Counted from the stretch's first letter, positions 18,844 to 28,719 are shown. The stretch: DNA of 64,000 nucleotides from an uncultured Nitrososphaerota archaeon (GCA_963799845.1 CAWCYI010000004.1:288001-352000); one strand, 5' to 3'. Translations and numbers: made by a program. The notes: a model not told the origin generated them from the sequence alone.

Positions 18844-19682
18844 TCAAGAAGTGCGGGTTGTCTCGGCTATATTCAACTGGCCTAATTCCCACGTCTTCAC
18901 GGTCAGATCCCAAGGAGTTACAATACCTCGATCTGTAAGAGCACAGTCATTGTCCTTCAGCGACAGCAATTCGGCTGCATCTGAGATTTGTTTTCTGCCG
19001 TCGATCCAGGGGACTTCTCCAAGTTCGATATCATCCAATGTTCCATCAAGCAATCTGTTCTGAAACCTCAAGATGTGGCCGAGTCTCTCTTGTTGGAACA
19101 AGTACGCAAGAATCTGTTTGTCAGAGATCACAGTCCTTGTACCTGAAATCTGGACACGTCTGAATTTTCGACGCCCAATCTCCTTCAAGGATACGTCGAG
19201 CTTGTTCCCCGAGAAAGTTGGAAGACAGGGAATGTCACTATATCATCGACTACAAGCTTCGACGAAAAAATTCCAAGATGATACAATTTCAAAAGATCTT
19301 TTACAGAAATTTTTTCATACTGACTTTTTTTTCCATGAACCAGGGCAAATCCAAAAGTGGATGATTGGAAGACATGCAGTAGAGAAAGAATGTCATCGTT
19401 CGAACTGATCGTTCCGGCCAGAAGGGAACTCTCGAGACAAGGAGAATTGAGAAACGAAGCGTAATTATGCGGATTCATTTGCATCATTTTCGAAACAATT
19501 GAATATCCGGAAATAACCAGTGGCCTTGCCTCCGAGGATCCCTGATTCGATTCTATTAACAGAAGGTCGAAATCATTTTCACGAAGTTTTTGAATCGCCT
19601 CTAGGATTATTGTCCTGCCGGATATAGTCTTGAGAGGTCTCACATCCAGACGTGGAAGGATTTCTTCTAGGTTAGCTGCCAA
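18844..19682 (-). CDS. Divergent 4xCBS-like protein (apparent frameshift at ~19200)
   Basis: ORFs 19185-19682 and 18844-19188 join by adding one base; aligns end-to-end with 30782-31588 (GYS, FGFA.V, TPWDL). Confidence 0.75.
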
Positions 19683-19696
19683 TTTATTTATTCATC

Positions 19697-20114
19697 CTAT
19701 GGAAATATTTGTTCGCCGGACTCTGCATCCTTCACAGTAATCGCTTTGTAGGGACACATCTGTGCTGATACGATTATCTTTTCGCTTGGAACTTCTCTGT
19801 CCTGGACATCCTTCATCCCAAGTGGTTCGTCCGCATTTCTTCCAAAGCCCAAGTTGGAGTAATCCAGTGCGAATACTTCCGGTGCAAGTGCCACGCAGAC
19901 TTTCAACTCCCATGCATTTCCCCTGCTCGATGCTCAAAATTAGCCTGCGATTGTCCCGAGTCACGATTTCCTTCTCCCCTCTTCTTTGCAAGCTATCCAG
20001 AGTGCCGGAAACTAGACGAATTATCACGTCAGAATAATCTTCGTTTTGTTTCTTAGCCCTTTGTATCGTATCGTATGCTCTTGCAGAGATTTCTATCGTT
20101 ATTTCGTCAGTCAT
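19697..20114 (-). CDS. RHH/VapB-like DNA-binding domain fused to monocluster ferredoxin (apparent frameshift at ~19899)
   Basis: TIEISARAYDTI..AKKQNEDYSDVIIRL + KCMGVESCVALAPEVF...AQMCPYKAI after removing one base. Confidence 0.75.
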
Positions 20115-20162
20115 GAAACTCAAACAGTTAAGCACAGATTATGATAATAAAGAGCCACCACG

Positions 20163-20180
20163 ATTACCAAGTTTGGTTTT
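20163..20180 (-). promoter_or_regulatory. 18-bp regulon palindrome for RHH-ferredoxin/CBS operon
   Basis: ATTACCA-agtt-TGGTTTT; CGT then 11 bp to TTTATTAT on minus strand. Confidence 0.55.
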
Positions 20181-20373
20181 GAGACTTCTCTTACAGACTG
20201 GAGCTCTGAGAGTCAGCGATTCGCGATCCCCAGTTTTGACGGTAAGAATTGTGAATCCAGGTTGAGGGTACTCAACGGCCGGGCCCCCTCGAGACAATCG
20301 TCAAACTAGGATTCTAATCTTCGAGAGTAAGGAGGTGTCGTTTGAAATGGAGGTTCTCCGCTTGTAATTCCAC

Positions 20374-21306
20374 TCACGACATTGTCGTTCCTGCGTTACC
20401 ATCCAGTGCTTGCCTGCCTTGCTCCAGGGATGCAATTATCGCCTTCTCTCCCCCTGCTTCCAAAAAATTGATGGCGGCTTGAACTTTGGGTCCCATGCTC
20501 CCGGGAGGAAACTGCCCCTCTGTCAAGTATTTTCTTGCCTCCTCGATTGTTAGCGAATCAAGCTGCTTTTCATTAGTTTGACCATAATTTAGTGCAAGTT
20601 TCTCAACATCAGTCAGGATCAGTAGCACATCGACTTTCATCAACGAAGCAATCAAACTGGCGCTCAGGTCTTTATCGATCACTGCTTCAACTCCCACCAG
20701 GCTTCCGTCATCATTTCTTACCACTGGGATACCTCCTCCCCCTGAATGAATAATCATGAATCCTTCGTCGAACATTTTCCGAATTACCTTGAGTTCGACA
20801 ATCGATTTTGGTTTTGGTGATGGAACAACCCTGCGATACCCCTTGTTACTATCGTTCACGACGATCCACCCCTTCTCACTTGCGAGGTTTCTCGCCTCTG
20901 TTTCTGAATAGTAAGGGCCGATTGGTTTGGTCGGATTTGCAAATGCCGAGTCGTTCCTGTCTACTATTGTTTGCGTGAGGATCGTGACCATTGGAATGTC
21001 CAACCCCGCCTTCCTTAGTTCATTGTCTAGGGACTGTTGCAACATATAACCGATCATGCCCTGACTTTCTGCCCCACAAACATCGAGAGGCATTGGCGGG
21101 AGAACATTTTTCGCGAGATCGTCTCTTAGTAGGATATCTCCGACTTGGGGGCCGTTTCCGTGAGTGATTGTTAACAGTGCTCCGTGAAGAAACAAATCTA
21201 CAAGTTGAGAAGATGTGTGACGTATGTTGGCAAACTGCTGTTCGGAAGTTCCAGTTTCTTTCCGTTGAAGAATCGCGTTTCCCCCGAGAGCTACAAGAAC
21301 TTTCAT
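20374..21306 (-). CDS. arcC: Carbamate kinase
   Basis: VALGGNAIL, THGNGPQVG, RRVVPSP, VIDKD, GSMGPK. Confidence 0.96.
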   Translation of the reverse strand: MKVLVALGGNAILQRKETGTSEQQFANIRHTSSQLVDLFLHGALLTITHGNGPQVGDILLRDDLAKNVLPPMPLDVCGAESQGMIGYMLQQSLDNELRKAGLDIPMVTILTQTIVDRNDSAFANPTKPIGPYYSETEARNLASEKGWIVVNDSNKGYRRVVPSPKPKSIVELKVIRKMFDEGFMIIHSGGGGIPVVRNDDGSLVGVEAVIDKDLSASLIASLMKVDVLLILTDVEKLALNYGQTNEKQLDSLTIEEARKYLTEGQFPPGSMGPKVQAAINFLEAGGEKAIIASLEQGRQALDGNAGTTMS

Positions 21307-21366
21307 CTGGCTAACCAAATCCTCACCTGAATACAATTATAGTTTGGCAATTTAAGCTGAGAGAAC

Positions 21367-21384
21367 GTTTTCAAATTCGAAAAT
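21367..21384 (-). promoter_or_regulatory. 18-bp regulon palindrome for arcC
   Basis: GTTTTCA-aatt-CGAAAAT, 11 bp from TTAAATT on minus strand. Confidence 0.6.
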
Positions 21385-21432
21385 GACCGATCTCTGTTTC
21401 GATACTGATACCTCTTTATCTATAACCTCGAA

Positions 21433-21450
21433 ATTATCAAAATTGGCGAT
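21433..21450 (+). promoter_or_regulatory. 18-bp regulon palindrome for CBS-HPF gene
   Basis: ATTATCA-aaat-TGGCGAT, 11 bp to CTTAAATA. Confidence 0.6.
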
Positions 21451-21493
21451 CATCCTCGTTTCTTAAATAGCTCAATCGGCAACTAATTCCAAA

Positions 21494-22648
21494 ATGTCCT
21501 ATTCACATTCAATCGATCATCTCAGAGTTTCAGATTTTGTTGAACCTGCTTCTATGTTTAATTCATCTGATTCTGTATCGCATTTGATCGGAACTTTGAA
21601 GAGATCCAAGGGGTATGAGGGTTTCGTCGAGGAAACCAGTCGGACTTGCACGATAACTCTCCGCGAAATTCTAGATGTTGAGAGCGCAGATACGACTAAG
21701 GTCTCCGCACTAATGCTTCCAGTACCGAGATTGAACGCAGGCGATTCGATTATCTTTGCAGCAAAACTGATGTTCGAAAACAAATTGAGGGCGCTCCCAG
21801 TCTACGAAAATGGGAAACTGCAGGGAAAAGTAACTTCGCCATCGATTGTCAGAAGAATGATAGAATCAAATCCTCCCGAAGAAACGCTCCCAAAGATTAT
21901 GACTCCGGGTCCTATTTGCCTTGTAGATTCGGATGCAATGTCGAAAGCGAGGAGTATAATGATAAGAAGAAAAATCGACCAGCTCCCGATTCTCAGAGCG
22001 GGAGAACTGAGCGGCGTAATAACCTCGGAAGATATCGTCTTCAGCTTTCTTTCTGCTCCGCTGGATAGAGATTCGAAGGGAGGGCGAGAAGACAGCCGAT
22101 TTAGTGCCCCGGTGTCAACTCTTGCCTCCGTCGAAACGACATCTAACGACATCAAGGACTCACTTTCAAATGTCGCTCAGGAGATGCTGAGGATGCGGAC
22201 GAACTATTCAGTAATATTGGGCGGTGGATCTGTCAAAGGCATAGTTACGTTTAGAGACTTTCTGAAGTTGCTGCCGATCAGTGGAGCAAATGAGGACGTA
22301 CCAGTCTCGATCATTGGACTGCCCGACAATCCACTAGAAGCAGAACTGGTCACGTCGAAATTCACCGCTTCGGTGCGCATGCTGCAGAGGATGGATCCCA
22401 CCGTGAGCGAGGTCAGAGCCGTAATCAAGAACAAGGAGGTTAATTCGAATACGATACTGCATCAGGTACAGGTCTTCATCGACAGTTCAAAGTGGCACGA
22501 AAGCTATGAAGCTTCCGGGTACGACATCTCGAAAGTATTCGCCGAGATTGATACATGGATTAAGCGAATAGCCTCAAAGCATGACTTCAAACCTGACCGG
22601 GAAAGAATGTCATTCAAGACTGTCAGGCACTCTGACGGAAACGTCTAA
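21494..22648 (+). CDS. 4xCBS protein with C-terminal HPF/RaiA-like domain (putative Hib-type ribosome hibernation factor)
   Basis: Four CBS repeats then a ~110-aa beta-alpha-beta-beta-beta-alpha-like domain (VSIIGLP...EASGYDISKVFAEI). Confidence 0.7.
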   Translation: MSYSHSIDHLRVSDFVEPASMFNSSDSVSHLIGTLKRSKGYEGFVEETSRTCTITLREILDVESADTTKVSALMLPVPRLNAGDSIIFAAKLMFENKLRALPVYENGKLQGKVTSPSIVRRMIESNPPEETLPKIMTPGPICLVDSDAMSKARSIMIRRKIDQLPILRAGELSGVITSEDIVFSFLSAPLDRDSKGGREDSRFSAPVSTLASVETTSNDIKDSLSNVAQEMLRMRTNYSVILGGGSVKGIVTFRDFLKLLPISGANEDVPVSIIGLPDNPLEAELVTSKFTASVRMLQRMDPTVSEVRAVIKNKEVNSNTILHQVQVFIDSSKWHESYEASGYDISKVFAEIDTWIKRIASKHDFKPDRERMSFKTVRHSDGNV

Positions 22649-24561
22649 TCCCGGATCATACCTTCTCTTCGGAAGTTCCGGGTCTGATCAAATATTCCGT
22701 ACTGCTCGGTAAATTCTCTGAATATCTGTCGTTTCTTCAGCTGATGTTTCTCTTCCGTAGCCAGTAAGTTCGCCAATGTTCTTGTGGCATCCAAAATATG
22801 TGGACCCTTGTTCAGCATGACGCACTCTGCCCGAATTCCCATTACTGCATCGGTTATCTCTGCCCTTGAAGGCAATCCACTTTTCGCCATGGTCTCCAAG
22901 ACCTGAGTTGCAAAGATAACTGGAATGTGAGATGCTTCACACATACAAAGAATGTCTTCTTGGACGAAAGCAAGATTTTCAAATCCGACCTCAACTGCCA
23001 GATCTCCTCTTGCGATCAAGATTCCGAATTTCGGAAGGTTCAGTCCAGCCAGTAGAATTTCTCCGAGCTTGTGTACAGCTTCTCTGGTTTCTATTTTCGC
23101 GATGATTCCGAAATCGTCGTGACCCAATTTCTTGAGCGCCTCGTGTAAAGAATGCAAGTCCTCGGCGCGATGAACGAAAGATAGTCCAACTGCGGTTGCA
23201 TGAGAGGTAATGAAGTCCAGATTATTCTCGTCCTCGGGTGTAAGAGCTGGAATTATGATTGATGAATCAGGAAAGTTCAGCCCCTTCTCCGACTTGATTC
23301 CCGCCGTGCCTTCAGTCGGAGAAAGAATTTCAAGCTCCAAGAACTCGTCGTTTATTTTCCGAATGATACAACCGATCTTTCCATCGTCAATGAAGACACG
23401 TTCCCCGATTTTTGCAAAGTCTAACGCCCTTGGCAACGTACAGCTGATCCCTGCTGGTTCCTCATTTGTCTCAGGGGTACCTAGCCGTGTTGGATCTCGA
23501 AAGAGATTCAATTTGTCTCCAGTCTTCACCTGAATTTCTACGGGCTGCGGCTTCATTGCCCCAGTAGTCAGTTTAATCCCGCTTTCTGATTCAATTGAAA
23601 TTCCTTCTTCCAGATATGCTGTTCTGGCTAAACCTACTCTGATTTTAGTCGGAGTTACCTTCTGAAGGACGACGAAAATTCTTTGTCGATCTCGCGCGTC
23701 GTTGAACTTTAGCCTCTCACCCACTTTCAGGTTCGAAATATTGGGATGATCCTTCAAGGCTATCGTAAACCCGGGCATCATCCCGGTCAGGTTTTGCTTT
23801 TCGGTCAGTGTTGCATCGCAATCCAACAATCCCTCCAGCAGTCTCGAAGTCTTTCCCGCGAAGTCCTTAGGGACTGAGAGTTTTAGAGGCCGTTCTACAA
23901 GCGCAAGAGGGCCCGTTCGAATCTTCGGGCCGGCAAGATCCATCAGAATTCGACAAGTCCTTCCGATCCCTTTTCCTCGTTGTACCAATCTCTCTTCGGC
24001 CGTCCTGATTGAGTTGATCAACATCAACCATTCACTTTCGGAATCGTGGGCGCAGTTAATTCGAGCGATGTCCATTCCTGAGAGCAACAACTGCTCTAAC
24101 AGTTCAGGTTGGTAAATGTACGGGGAATCGAGGGTCACCATTATTCGAGTCTTCCTTCCATCACGTGGTCGACCGAGAAGCTGTTTGCTTCGTTCTTCGA
24201 GAAGGGAATTCGCGAGAGAAAACGTGGTCTTATGAAGAGAAGTCTTGGTCGGAGGTATCCCTAGGTTTCCAAGCACCTTCACTATGTTTGATAAAGTGTC
24301 TCCTTCCAATCTTCCAAGAGAGGACAGTCCTAGATTTGAGAGTGATATTTGAAGCAGCGAAAGGTCATGCTCTCGTAGGGCAAGATACAACAGAAAGTTG
24401 TCTCGACTGTATTCATTCTGCGGAGAAAACACGGGAAATCTCGGAGCAACAGTTTCAGATTTTCTCAAAATTTCCGAGTATAGATCGTAGAGTTGTTTTC
24501 CAACCTTAACTCGATCTGGATCGTCTCTTTCCACAACAAGAGGAACTTGACTGTCTACCAT
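22645..24561 (-). CDS. pyk: Pyruvate kinase, long form
   Basis: ARINCAH, MDLAGPKIRTG, AKIET, IARGDLAVE, ATQVLE, PSRAEITD, CVMLNKG. Confidence 0.92.
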   Translation of the reverse strand: MVDSQVPLVVERDDPDRVKVGKQLYDLYSEILRKSETVAPRFPVFSPQNEYSRDNFLLYLALREHDLSLLQISLSNLGLSSLGRLEGDTLSNIVKVLGNLGIPPTKTSLHKTTFSLANSLLEERSKQLLGRPRDGRKTRIMVTLDSPYIYQPELLEQLLLSGMDIARINCAHDSESEWLMLINSIRTAEERLVQRGKGIGRTCRILMDLAGPKIRTGPLALVERPLKLSVPKDFAGKTSRLLEGLLDCDATLTEKQNLTGMMPGFTIALKDHPNISNLKVGERLKFNDARDRQRIFVVLQKVTPTKIRVGLARTAYLEEGISIESESGIKLTTGAMKPQPVEIQVKTGDKLNLFRDPTRLGTPETNEEPAGISCTLPRALDFAKIGERVFIDDGKIGCIIRKINDEFLELEILSPTEGTAGIKSEKGLNFPDSSIIIPALTPEDENNLDFITSHATAVGLSFVHRAEDLHSLHEALKKLGHDDFGIIAKIETREAVHKLGEILLAGLNLPKFGILIARGDLAVEVGFENLAFVQEDILCMCEASHIPVIFATQVLETMAKSGLPSRAEITDAVMGIRAECVMLNKGPHILDATRTLANLLATEEKHQLKKRQIFREFTEQYGIFDQTRNFRREGMIRD

Positions 24562-24643
24562 TCTCTAAGTCTCATCTGGGACTGAAAAATATACTAAAAA
24601 TTATTATTTTTTCGGCTCTCTTCCACCTAAAAAGATGACCTCG

Positions 24644-24661
24644 ATTTTCAAAAACAGTAAT
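24644..24661 (-). promoter_or_regulatory. 18-bp regulon palindrome for pyk (weaker)
   Basis: ATTTTCA-aaaa-CAGTAAT, ~11 bp from TTTTTAG on minus strand. Confidence 0.45.
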
Positions 24662-24671
24662 CACCCGAATA

Positions 24672-24689
24672 ATTCTCAGTGTTGGGAAT
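24672..24689 (+). promoter_or_regulatory. 18-bp regulon palindrome for APC-arcB-arcA operon
   Basis: ATTCTCA-gtgt-TGGGAAT + CGT, 11 bp to ATAAATAT. Confidence 0.75.
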
Positions 24690-24744
24690 CGTCTCCATGG
24701 ATAAATATCGTCAGAGTGGTCTTTCAAAGTCAGGTCACTGAGAA

Positions 24745-26334
24745 ATGCAGTCAAGTCAGAGCCACAAAGAGGAAGACAAACCTGCGCTGAAGAAGGAACT
24801 TGGTCTCTGGAGCCTCGTGGGCCTGGGCGCTGGCGGTATCATCGGATCTGGGATATTTGGGCTGATAGCCGCTTATGGTGCAGACGCAGGACCTGCGCTG
24901 ACTTTGGCCATCGTCTTTGTCGGGATCATCATGACCATACTTGCGCTAATCTATGCGGAGTTAGGCTCAAGGTTCCCACTTACGGGAGGTCCCTACTCAA
25001 TCCCAAGACTTGCACTGGGTAATTCTGCGGGCTACCTCATCGGCTGGGGATACTTCATTTACGCTTTCACCGGCACTGCCGCGATTATAGATGTCTTTGT
25101 AACCTATCTCGGTTTCTATGTACCCGGCCTCGCTGTCGGTCTGACACTTACCCCTCTCGGGATAGCGATCTCTCTGGTGGCGCTGGTCGTCTTTACCGTA
25201 ATCAACGTCCTGGGAGTCAAGTGGGGTGGACTATTTAGTATAGTGACCACAGTCACGAAGCTGATTCCACTAATTCTTTTTGCGGCCGTGGGCTTGTTTT
25301 ACTTGAATTTCGGAAATTTCACGCCGTTCATGCCCTTCGGCTGGACTGGGATCGCTGTGGCGATGGCTCTCGCTGTGTTCATGTTCACGGGCTTCGAGGG
25401 TGTCGTCATTCCGAGCGGCGAGGTAAAGAATTCATCCAAGACTATTCCACGCGCCATGATAATCACGATGGCAATAGTCGTCGTAGTCTATGTGCTAATT
25501 GGGGTGGCTTTCGTCGGCATGATCAATTGGTCGGGCCTCGGTATTCATGTGGGTGACTGGTCCTATAGCACAGGCATAGGGAGCCTATCTTCACCGCTCT
25601 CTGATGTCGCGAAGGGTGCGGGCTACGGAATACTTGCGGCTGTGGTGACCATTGGCGCAATCATCAGCACGGCAGGAGCTGGTAGCGACTGGGTCCTTTT
25701 CCAGGGTCGGATCCCATATGCGATGGCCGACGACGGGCTCTTCCCCAAGGTCATGGACAGGGTCAATAGCAAATATCGTACTCCCGCTCTTTCGATTATC
25801 TTTGCCGCGATCCTGACCGGAATAATCCAGGTGCTCTTTCCGTTCTTCCCAAACGTTGTGCTACTCGCATCAATCACGACCCTCATCCCATACGCAGCCG
25901 CTTCGGTATCGCTCGCAATCTTGAGAAAGAGCCCTCAGTCAGGAGTCGCGGATCACTTCAGACTCCCTGCAGGCATGATATTCGCCTTCCTAGGGTTCGT
26001 CTTATCAAGCGTGCTGATCTACTGGGCTACCTGGCCACTGACACTAGTGGGAGTGATTTTGACACTCATCGGGTTTCCCCTCTATTTGTTCACGAAGAAC
26101 AAGAAGATGGAGTGGCGCAGGCAGGTATGGTTGTGGGTTTACGTATTGGGGCTGACAGTGATATCGTTCATCGGAGATACGAACTTCGTCACTTCAGGCA
26201 TCCTGCCTATTCCAGGCCCGCTTGGGTACCTACCTTTACCGTACGACATAGTGGCCGTAGAGGTGTTTTCAGCGTTGATATTCTTCTGGGCTTACAAGGC
26301 CAATGTAGGAAAGGTCGTTGAGCTAAAAGCATGA
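24745..26334 (+). CDS. APC-family amino acid permease (probable arginine/ornithine transporter)
   Basis: GGIIGSGIF, FTGFE motifs, ~14 TM; first gene of the arc operon. Confidence 0.88.
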   Translation: MQSSQSHKEEDKPALKKELGLWSLVGLGAGGIIGSGIFGLIAAYGADAGPALTLAIVFVGIIMTILALIYAELGSRFPLTGGPYSIPRLALGNSAGYLIGWGYFIYAFTGTAAIIDVFVTYLGFYVPGLAVGLTLTPLGIAISLVALVVFTVINVLGVKWGGLFSIVTTVTKLIPLILFAAVGLFYLNFGNFTPFMPFGWTGIAVAMALAVFMFTGFEGVVIPSGEVKNSSKTIPRAMIITMAIVVVVYVLIGVAFVGMINWSGLGIHVGDWSYSTGIGSLSSPLSDVAKGAGYGILAAVVTIGAIISTAGAGSDWVLFQGRIPYAMADDGLFPKVMDRVNSKYRTPALSIIFAAILTGIIQVLFPFFPNVVLLASITTLIPYAAASVSLAILRKSPQSGVADHFRLPAGMIFAFLGFVLSSVLIYWATWPLTLVGVILTLIGFPLYLFTKNKKMEWRRQVWLWVYVLGLTVISFIGDTNFVTSGILPIPGPLGYLPLPYDIVAVEVFSALIFFWAYKANVGKVVELKA

Positions 26335-26468
26335 TAAGAAGCCTTCCGCTCGGCGACTCTGCATCCTTCCTCCTTGAATCGATTCTTAGACGAGCCGCCA
26401 AACTGAACAAAGAAATAAAGCAGGAAATGGAGCTCGATTTGTTGAATCGAATGGTGGTCAGTGTATGA
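26331..26468 (+). CDS. 45-aa ORF resembling the OTCase N-terminus
   Basis: MIRSLPLGDSASFLLESILRRAAKLNKEIKQEMELDLLNRMVVSV; ATGA overlaps with both neighbours. Confidence 0.5.
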   Translation: MIRSLPLGDSASFLLESILRRAAKLNKEIKQEMELDLLNRMVVSV

Positions 26469-27388
26469 CTCGATCGTTCCTTTCAGTTTCAGATATCTCT
26501 GCCGTGGAAATGGACGTGATACTAACGCGGACCAGGAGCATCAAGGCGAGCATCAAATCAAGGGAGAAGATTGCAACTCTCGCGGATTACGTTGTATGTC
26601 TTCTGTTCGAAAAGCCCTCAACTAGAACGAGCGCGGCTTTCGAAGTTGCGACCCTCCGGCTTGGGGGCAATCCGCTTTACTTTTCGTCGCAAGAACTTCA
26701 ACTAAGCAGGGGCGAGCCCGTCAAGGACACAGCTAGAGTACTAGGTTCAGATATGGACGGGATAGTGGCGAGAGTATTCGCTCACGATACCGTCAATCAG
26801 CTGTCGATGTATTCTGGGATTCCGGTAATAAACGGTCTGAGCGATTTAGAACACCCGACACAGATCGTATCGGACTTCTTCACCATTCAGGAGGTCAAGG
26901 GCAAGTTGAAAGGATTGAAAATGGCCTACATAGGAGATGGTGACAACGTCTGTAATTCTCTGCTTCTCGGGGCGGCCATGGTCGGAATGAACTTGTCGGT
27001 TGCCTGCCCTATAGGATACGAGCCAAATAGCGAGATCCTGGAAAGAGCTTTGGTGGATGCCAAGATTACAGGATCATCATTAGTTGTCACAAACAGCCCG
27101 AGTGAAGTAGTCAGGGACGCTGATGTCCTCTATACCGATGTCTGGGTGAGCATGGGAGAGGAGGCAGAGCAGGAAAAGCGAATGAAAGCCTTTGTGGGAT
27201 ACCAGATCAACTCTCAACTAATGAAACTGGCGAAAGGCAACGCAGTTGTGATGCACTGTCTCCCGGCACACAGAGGCCTTGAAATCACTGATGACATTAT
27301 CGAGGGAGCCCAGTCAATTGTGTGGCAGCAGGCGGGCAACAAACTTCCCGGCGCTGCTAGCGTTCTAGAATTTTTCCTGAGAAAATAA
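26465..27388 (+). CDS. arcB: Ornithine carbamoyltransferase (catabolic context)
   Basis: FEKPSTRT, HPTQ, DVWVSMG, HCLP. Confidence 0.93.
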   Translation: MTRSFLSVSDISAVEMDVILTRTRSIKASIKSREKIATLADYVVCLLFEKPSTRTSAAFEVATLRLGGNPLYFSSQELQLSRGEPVKDTARVLGSDMDGIVARVFAHDTVNQLSMYSGIPVINGLSDLEHPTQIVSDFFTIQEVKGKLKGLKMAYIGDGDNVCNSLLLGAAMVGMNLSVACPIGYEPNSEILERALVDAKITGSSLVVTNSPSEVVRDADVLYTDVWVSMGEEAEQEKRMKAFVGYQINSQLMKLAKGNAVVMHCLPAHRGLEITDDIIEGAQSIVWQQAGNKLPGAASVLEFFLRK

Positions 27389-27392
27389 ATAA

Positions 27393-28709
27393 GTGAAAAG
27401 GAAATTGGTAGCAAAAATTAGGGCGGAGTTCGATCGACTGAGACGAGTGGCGATTCACAGGCCGGGAATCGAAATGTTCTTCGGCTTGCTGGCGCCAGAA
27501 GCGTCTCTTTACGAGAGAGTGTTCAACAGGTACGGGGCAAGAATGGAGCATGAAAGGCTCGAATATACGCTCAGGCACGAATTCGGAATTGAAGTTTTTC
27601 GAATCAAGGAAAGATTGCTCGAGCTGGCGGACAAAAAACCGGAAATCAGGGACAAATTAGTTGTCGCCGGCCTGAACGATCTCAAGTTCACCGGAGACGA
27701 AAAAACAGTAGCCGAAGCAAAAAAAGAAGTTCAAGAAGGATCTGCAATGTACGACGGTGGCCACTTTTTCAATCTGCTTTTACTCCACCCGACATTGGAC
27801 CTTGAAAAAGGAGGAAAGGCGGCCAGGGCAATTCATCTGGGTGTCACCGAAAATGATCCTCTTGCAAACCTCTATTTCATGAGAGACCAACAGGCTGTAA
27901 CTGACAAAGGGATCTTCCTATCGCGAATGTCGAAACCCCAAAGAGCAGGGGAACCTTCCCTGACCAAGTTCGTATGGCAGGCGTTGGGAGAGCAGATAAT
28001 TCACGAAACCCAATCCCCTGGGACCTTTGAAGGCGGGGATTTCATTCCCATGAAAGATTTCGCCCTCGTCGGCTTCGGAGATAGAACCAACAGAAGCGGA
28101 GTTGATCAGATGCTTGAATTTGGTTTAAATTTTGATGAAGTGGCGGTGGTCCATCAACCCAGCCACCCCCTGATACCCGGAGACGAGATTGATCCGATGA
28201 TCGACATGCACGTCGACACCTACTTTAACATCGCAGGCAGTGGAGTCGCAGTAGGATCTGAACTGTTACTGAAACGGGCTAAAGTCGAAATTTACGACCA
28301 CGAAGGTGAGAATGTTTACAAGAAATCTGAACGCGAAACAAACCTGCATGATTACATCACGAAGAAAGGTTTTGACATCATAAATCTAACCACACTCGAA
28401 CAGCTATGCTATGCTTCAAATTTTCTATGCATAAAAGACGGGCAGATTTTGGCAATTGAAGTTGAAAGAGAAGTAAAAAATGTCCTCAAGACCCTTGCCT
28501 CGCAGGCTGAAGAGAACCCACATCGCTATGGTAGGCTCCTTGACCAAGCCCGAAAGGATTACCAGGACCTTCAGGATTTAGGCGGTTTCTTTCCTCACAA
28601 GAAGGAGATTTACCAACACGGAATAGATGCGTATGCGATCGTCATGACAAACCTGACCGGCGGATATGGGGGAGCGCACTGCATGACGGCGGTGCTAGAA
28701 AGAAATTAG
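27393..28709 (+). CDS. arcA: Arginine deiminase
   Basis: NLYFMRDQ, FEGGD, MHVDT, GGAHCMT amidinotransferase-superfamily motifs; next to OTCase. Confidence 0.9.
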   Translation: MKRKLVAKIRAEFDRLRRVAIHRPGIEMFFGLLAPEASLYERVFNRYGARMEHERLEYTLRHEFGIEVFRIKERLLELADKKPEIRDKLVVAGLNDLKFTGDEKTVAEAKKEVQEGSAMYDGGHFFNLLLLHPTLDLEKGGKAARAIHLGVTENDPLANLYFMRDQQAVTDKGIFLSRMSKPQRAGEPSLTKFVWQALGEQIIHETQSPGTFEGGDFIPMKDFALVGFGDRTNRSGVDQMLEFGLNFDEVAVVHQPSHPLIPGDEIDPMIDMHVDTYFNIAGSGVAVGSELLLKRAKVEIYDHEGENVYKKSERETNLHDYITKKGFDIINLTTLEQLCYASNFLCIKDGQILAIEVEREVKNVLKTLASQAEENPHRYGRLLDQARKDYQDLQDLGGFFPHKKEIYQHGIDAYAIVMTNLTGGYGGAHCMTAVLERN

Positions 28710-28719
28710 CCCCAAGACG

